DNA of 64,000 nucleotides from Acidobacteriota bacterium (GTDB lineage: Bacteria; Acidobacteriota; UBA890; WLXD01): assembly GCA_965205505.1 (NCBI GenBank), contig CBDBHB010000009.1, positions 1,792,001 to 1,856,000 on the forward strand, given 5' to 3'. Within the stretch, counting starts at the first letter, position 1, and each line of letters opens with the position of its first letter. A program made the translations under genes and the position numbers. Below are positions 61,272 through 64,000 of the stretch, one piece after another. The notes under the pieces are model-generated. The model saw only the letters and a list, made by a program, of their open reading frames with translations, had not been told where the DNA came from and searched no databases.

Positions 61272-63763
61272 CGGTGCGCTCGTCGGCAAGTGAGCGCGGC
61301 TCCAAGGCGTCGTTGTTCGGGGTTAGCGGGCCGCTCGCCGGGCTGGACGCCACAGTACGACGGTGTTTGCTGGAGCGAGCGGGGGGCCGTGACGAGGAGA
61401 TCGTCGACGCTGTGCGCAACATCATCGCTGAAGTGCGGCGCGATGGAGACGAGGCTCTGAGGCGTCTGGCGCGACAATTCGATGGCGTGCAGTTGGAGCA
61501 GTTGGAGGTCGTACCTGCTGCCTGGAACCAGGCGCTGGAAGACCTCTCTGCCGACGCACGCGCCGCGCTGGAGCGCGCCTCCGAGGCAATCACAACGGTG
61601 CACGAGGCACAGCGCCCACGGCCGAGTGTTGTCGAGCCGCAAGTAGGCGTTCGGGTCGAGCGCCGCCCGGCACCGCTTCGACGCGTCGGTGCTTATGCTC
61701 CGGGCGGTCGGGCCGCCTACCCGAGCAGTGTCCTGATGTGCGTGATCCCGGCCCGCGTGGCGGGAGTCGACGAGATCATCGTGTGCTCGCCGCCGCGTTC
61801 TGATGGTACGCCGTCATCCGCCGTGCTCGCCGCCAGCCGGATTGCCGGTGCGGATCGGCTGTTCGCCGTCGGCGGCGCTGGAGCGGTCGCCGCGATGGCG
61901 CTGGGAACCGAAACCATTGCGCTGGTCGACAAGATCGTCGGACCGGGCAACGCCTGGGTCGAGGAAGCCAAGATGCAACTCGGAGCCGAGGTTGCGATTG
62001 ACTGTCCGGCCGGCCCTTCCGAACTGCTGGTGATTGCGGACGGCGATGCCGACCCCGGCCTGGTGGCCGCAGAGGTGCTGGCACAAGCGGAGCACGATCC
62101 ACGCGCGGCTGTGTGTGTGATGACCGACGACCGTGGTCTCGCAGAGGAGATCGACCAGGCCGTGACCGAAATGTCGAGTCGGATGGCGGCCGCGACGCGG
62201 GCCACGATCGAGGAGTCAGTGCTGGCGCGCGGCGCGCTGCTACTAGTGGGCTCGATGGAGGAGGCACGCGAATTCGCTGACGCGTACGCGCCCGAGCACT
62301 TGCTTGCCGTGGGTCGGCAGGCGGAGGAGGTTGCCGAACGCGTGCGCTATGTGGGTGCGGTGTTCCTCGGGGCGCACAGCTCGGTCACCTTCGGCGATTA
62401 CGCAAGCGGCTCGAACCACGTGTTGCCGACAGGCGGGCGTGCCCGCGCCTATTCGGGCCTGTCAACCGATGCCTTCATGCGCTGGACGAGCTTCCAACGC
62501 ATCGACAGTGCGGCCTCTGCGGCTCTCGCCACCACCGTGCGTACCCTGGCCGATCTCGAGGGTTTGCCGGCGCACGCCGCCGCCGCTGCGCGGCAAGGAG
62601 CGCCCGCCGCGCCGGCTCGAGGACCAGAGCGTGCCCAGCCTGCGTTCGAACCGGAGGACAAGCTCTGCCGGCCCGGGCACGCGCTCGATACCACCGAGGG
62701 CGTTCCTCAGGCTCGCGCCAACATACGACGGTTGCCGCTTTATGCCCCTGGGCGTCGAGACGCGGAGGTGGAGTTGAGCGACAACACCAGCCTGTTCGGG
62801 CTGGCACCCGCCGTGCGCGCCGGCCTTGCCGAGGTCGATGACGAGACGCTGTTGCGCTATCCAAGCGTGTACGGCGACGGACTCAAGCGGGCCCTAGCGG
62901 AGGAGCTCCGGGTGGGCGAGGAGTGCGTTGCTACCGGCTGCGGATCCGATGATCTACTGGATGCCGCGCTACGTGCCTTCGTCGAGCCCGGCGGCACCCT
63001 GGCTCACAGCGAGCCGACCTTCTCGATGATCGCCGCCTTCGCAGACGTCAACGACATTCGCCGCATCCGAGTGCCGACCGGCGCTGATTTACAACCCGAC
63101 CTCGAGGCGCTCGCGGTGCTGCACGCGCCGGCCACCTATTTGTGCCGCCCGGAGAATCCCGCCGGTGTACTCGCCAACCGCGAGGCGACGCAGCGCCTCG
63201 CTTCCCGACTTGCCGGAGTCATGTTGCTCGATGAGGCTTACATCGACTTTGCGCCCGAGCCTTCACTCGCACCTTGGGCAGCGACATCGCGCAATACCGT
63301 GGTGCTTCGAACGTTCTCGAAGATCGCCGGGTTGGCGGGGCTGCGCGCCGGCTACGCAGTGGGTCCACCGCAATTGGTGGCCGAGATCGAGCGAGCGCGA
63401 GGCCCCTACAAGCTCAACGCGCTGGCTGAGCGGTTGGCCATTCTCACGTTGCGCGCCGACGCCGAATGGCGGCGCGACATCGTGAGCCGCGTCTCGCGGC
63501 GCCGCGAGGCCCTGAGCGGCGAGCTCGAGGCACGAGGAATGCGCGTGTGGCCATCGTCTGCCAACTTCGTCCTGGCAGGCGTACCGGAAAGCGTCGACAA
63601 TGCTGTCGCGCTCGAGACGGCGCTGCGTGTTCGAGGCGTCGGCGTGCGCCCGTTTCCTGCACTTGCCGTTGGCCACTGTGTGCGCATTACCATCGGCCCG
63701 TCCGACCTCATGAAGCGGCTTCTAGACGCGATCGATGCCGTTCTCGAGGAGGTCGAGCGGTGA
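61268..63763 (+). CDS. hisD: Fused histidinol dehydrogenase (HisD) - histidinol-phosphate aminotransferase (HisC)
   Basis: HisD motifs YAPGG.A.YPSSVLM, KIVGPGN, AGPSE, QAEHD, PEHL, GDY.SGSNHVLPT; then without a stop, HisC motifs RYP, GSDD, LDEAYIDF, RTFSK..GLAGLR.GY, SSANF. Confidence 0.9.
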   Translation: MTVRSSASERGSKASLFGVSGPLAGLDATVRRCLLERAGGRDEEIVDAVRNIIAEVRRDGDEALRRLARQFDGVQLEQLEVVPAAWNQALEDLSADARAALERASEAITTVHEAQRPRPSVVEPQVGVRVERRPAPLRRVGAYAPGGRAAYPSSVLMCVIPARVAGVDEIIVCSPPRSDGTPSSAVLAASRIAGADRLFAVGGAGAVAAMALGTETIALVDKIVGPGNAWVEEAKMQLGAEVAIDCPAGPSELLVIADGDADPGLVAAEVLAQAEHDPRAAVCVMTDDRGLAEEIDQAVTEMSSRMAAATRATIEESVLARGALLLVGSMEEAREFADAYAPEHLLAVGRQAEEVAERVRYVGAVFLGAHSSVTFGDYASGSNHVLPTGGRARAYSGLSTDAFMRWTSFQRIDSAASAALATTVRTLADLEGLPAHAAAAARQGAPAAPARGPERAQPAFEPEDKLCRPGHALDTTEGVPQARANIRRLPLYAPGRRDAEVELSDNTSLFGLAPAVRAGLAEVDDETLLRYPSVYGDGLKRALAEELRVGEECVATGCGSDDLLDAALRAFVEPGGTLAHSEPTFSMIAAFADVNDIRRIRVPTGADLQPDLEALAVLHAPATYLCRPENPAGVLANREATQRLASRLAGVMLLDEAYIDFAPEPSLAPWAATSRNTVVLRTFSKIAGLAGLRAGYAVGPPQLVAEIERARGPYKLNALAERLAILTLRADAEWRRDIVSRVSRRREALSGELEARGMRVWPSSANFVLAGVPESVDNAVALETALRVRGVGVRPFPALAVGHCVRITIGPSDLMKRLLDAIDAVLEEVER

Positions 63764-64000
63764 GGGTTGCGCTACTGGACTTCGGCGTCGGTAACCTGCA
63801 CTCGCTCGGTAAGGCGCTGCAAGCCGGCGGAGCCGACGTGACGGTGTACACGGACGCCGCCGCGGCCTTACGGGAATCGGCGCTGGTGCTGCCGGGCGTC
63901 GGAGCCTTCGGCGCCGCCGCCGAGCGGCTCGGGGAGTCAGTTCACAGTATCCGGGAACGGCTGATTGATGGGCACCCTTGCCTGGGCATTTGCCTCGGCA
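63760..64000 (+). CDS. hisH: Imidazole glycerol phosphate synthase glutaminase subunit (partial)
   Basis: GTG overlapping the hisDC stop; RVALLDFGVGNLHSLGKAL, LVLPGVGAFG, LGICLG. Confidence 0.93.
   Translation, partial: MRVALLDFGVGNLHSLGKALQAGGADVTVYTDAAAALRESALVLPGVGAFGAAAERLGESVHSIRERLIDGHPCLGICLG

Overview
This is GC-rich bacterial DNA; gene content suggests Acidobacteriota, but that is inference only. Positions 1-41 kb are an accessory, visibly decaying region. They hold amine/amino-acid catabolic genes (amidase, IclR + two CrtI/PYROXD2-like oxidoreductases + GcvT, ornithine cyclodeaminase-like, D-threonine aldolase-like, FAH, CnbZ-like, Kal + acyl-CoA ligase), peptidases (tricorn, M24-like), many gene remnants, a defective IS3 and an intact IS1111-type (IS110 family) element. 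Positions 41-52 kb are core-like: comM, NUDIX, MltD-LysM, a BMC-H + aldehyde dehydrogenase pair, recA, an NSS transporter with small subunit, and tRNA-Phe. Then come two hybrid histidine kinases, a PQQ/cytochrome c dehydrogenase and a his operon with a His6 leader attenuator and a HisD-HisC fusion. Best signals: (1) the IS1111 3' non-coding region contains readable target and donor guide loops (bridge/seekRNA-like) that match the end of the MITE it is inserted into; (2) three CTAG-associated MITE families share a two-hairpin interior and are nested in each other; (3) an intact AT-richer mmsA/iolA sits inside the broken remains of a GC-rich mmsA paralog. All calls were made by eye, without database searches.
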